Shown here one piece after another: positions 63,773-64,000 of a DNA stretch of 64,000 nucleotides. The notes under the pieces were generated by a model. It had not been told where the DNA came from, did not search any database, and saw only the letters and a program-made list of their open reading frames with translations. Where the stretch lies: contig CAVYLP010000004.1 in assembly GCA_963769425.1 (NCBI GenBank), positions 352,494 to 416,493 on the forward strand, written 5' to 3'. The translations under genes and the position numbers were made by a program. Origin of the DNA: Candidatus Bathyarchaeota archaeon. GTDB lineage: Archaea > Thermoproteota > Bathyarchaeia > TCS64. Numbering within the stretch: the first letter of the stretch is position 1; each line of letters starts with the position of its first letter.

Positions 63773-63846
63773 GTGTATACATATGTATATGTGGAATATA
63801 TACGTTGGCTGCCACGGGAGCGTGTAGATTCGCGGAGCGCGCGCAC

Positions 63847-64000
63847 TTACCTTTTACGCCTACTCTTCCTGCTGGGCTCCGGTTCCTCCTCTATGAGGAG
63901 TTCACTCGCCCCCATAGTGAAGAGATTCGTGACGAAGGGAACTATCATCAGGAAAACCTTATGCCGTTCCTCAGGTGAAAGCTCAGAGAATTGATCCTCC
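63847..64000 (-). CDS. Partial hypothetical CDS running off the window end
   Basis: The open minus-strand frame reads ...EDQFSELSPEERHKVFLMIVPFVTNLFTMGASELLIEEEPEPSRKSRRKR with a stop at 63847-63849. The 5' end lies outside the window. Confidence 0.25.
   Translation of the reverse strand, partial: EDQFSELSPEERHKVFLMIVPFVTNLFTMGASELLIEEEPEPSRKSRRKR

Overview
Archaeal-type chromosomal window: it has a TATA-binding protein gene, frequent GTG/TTG starts, GGAGG-type ribosome-binding sites and a tRNA-Cys with encoded CCA. All calls come from reading the sequence and ORF translations by eye, so identities, GC values and repeat boundaries are approximate and no database search was run. The window falls into three parts. 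(1) About 1-17.8 kb is a visibly AT-rich island, bracketed by two inverted paralogous BlaI-like winged-helix genes. It carries a complete gas-vesicle (gvp) cluster: gvpA plus a downstream gene on the + strand, and a long minus-strand operon gvpN-gvpO-regulator-gvpF/L-gvpG-gvpJ-gvpK-gvpF/L-gvpF/L::J-domain-hsp70-gvpM, with an Hsp20 and a PadR regulator upstream. An Hsp70, a J-domain fused to a GvpF/L protein and an Hsp20 sit inside this cluster, and this is the most striking candidate for an undescribed system. The right part of the island (12.5-16.3 kb) is mostly non-coding AT-rich DNA with tandem repeats and gene fragments. (2) About 18-40.4 kb and 46.4-53.2 kb hold mostly ordinary genes: DegT aminotransferase, HAD/polyprenol-kinase fusion, AsnRS-like core, ABC-2 exporter, threonine dehydratase family, MBL-fold protein, rhomboid, amidohydrolase and creatininase family. 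Three exceptions are a 1845-aa SF1 helicase-nuclease giant protein, a 612-bp ORF-free element with inverted ends, and a tightly coupled five-gene operon of uncharacterised membrane proteins. (3) About 40.4-46.3 kb and 53.3-64 kb are accessory patches rich in PIN/VapBC and RelBE-like toxin-antitoxin modules (several decayed), orphan receiver domains, wHTH genes, gene fragments and reciprocally decayed duplications. They also contain an unusual 660-bp array of more than 20 short hairpin/iteron units with a conserved AGTAGG-type core, covarying stems and about 22-bp phasing (43.5-44.2 kb). A homologous about 240-bp copy lies at 57.0-57.24 kb.
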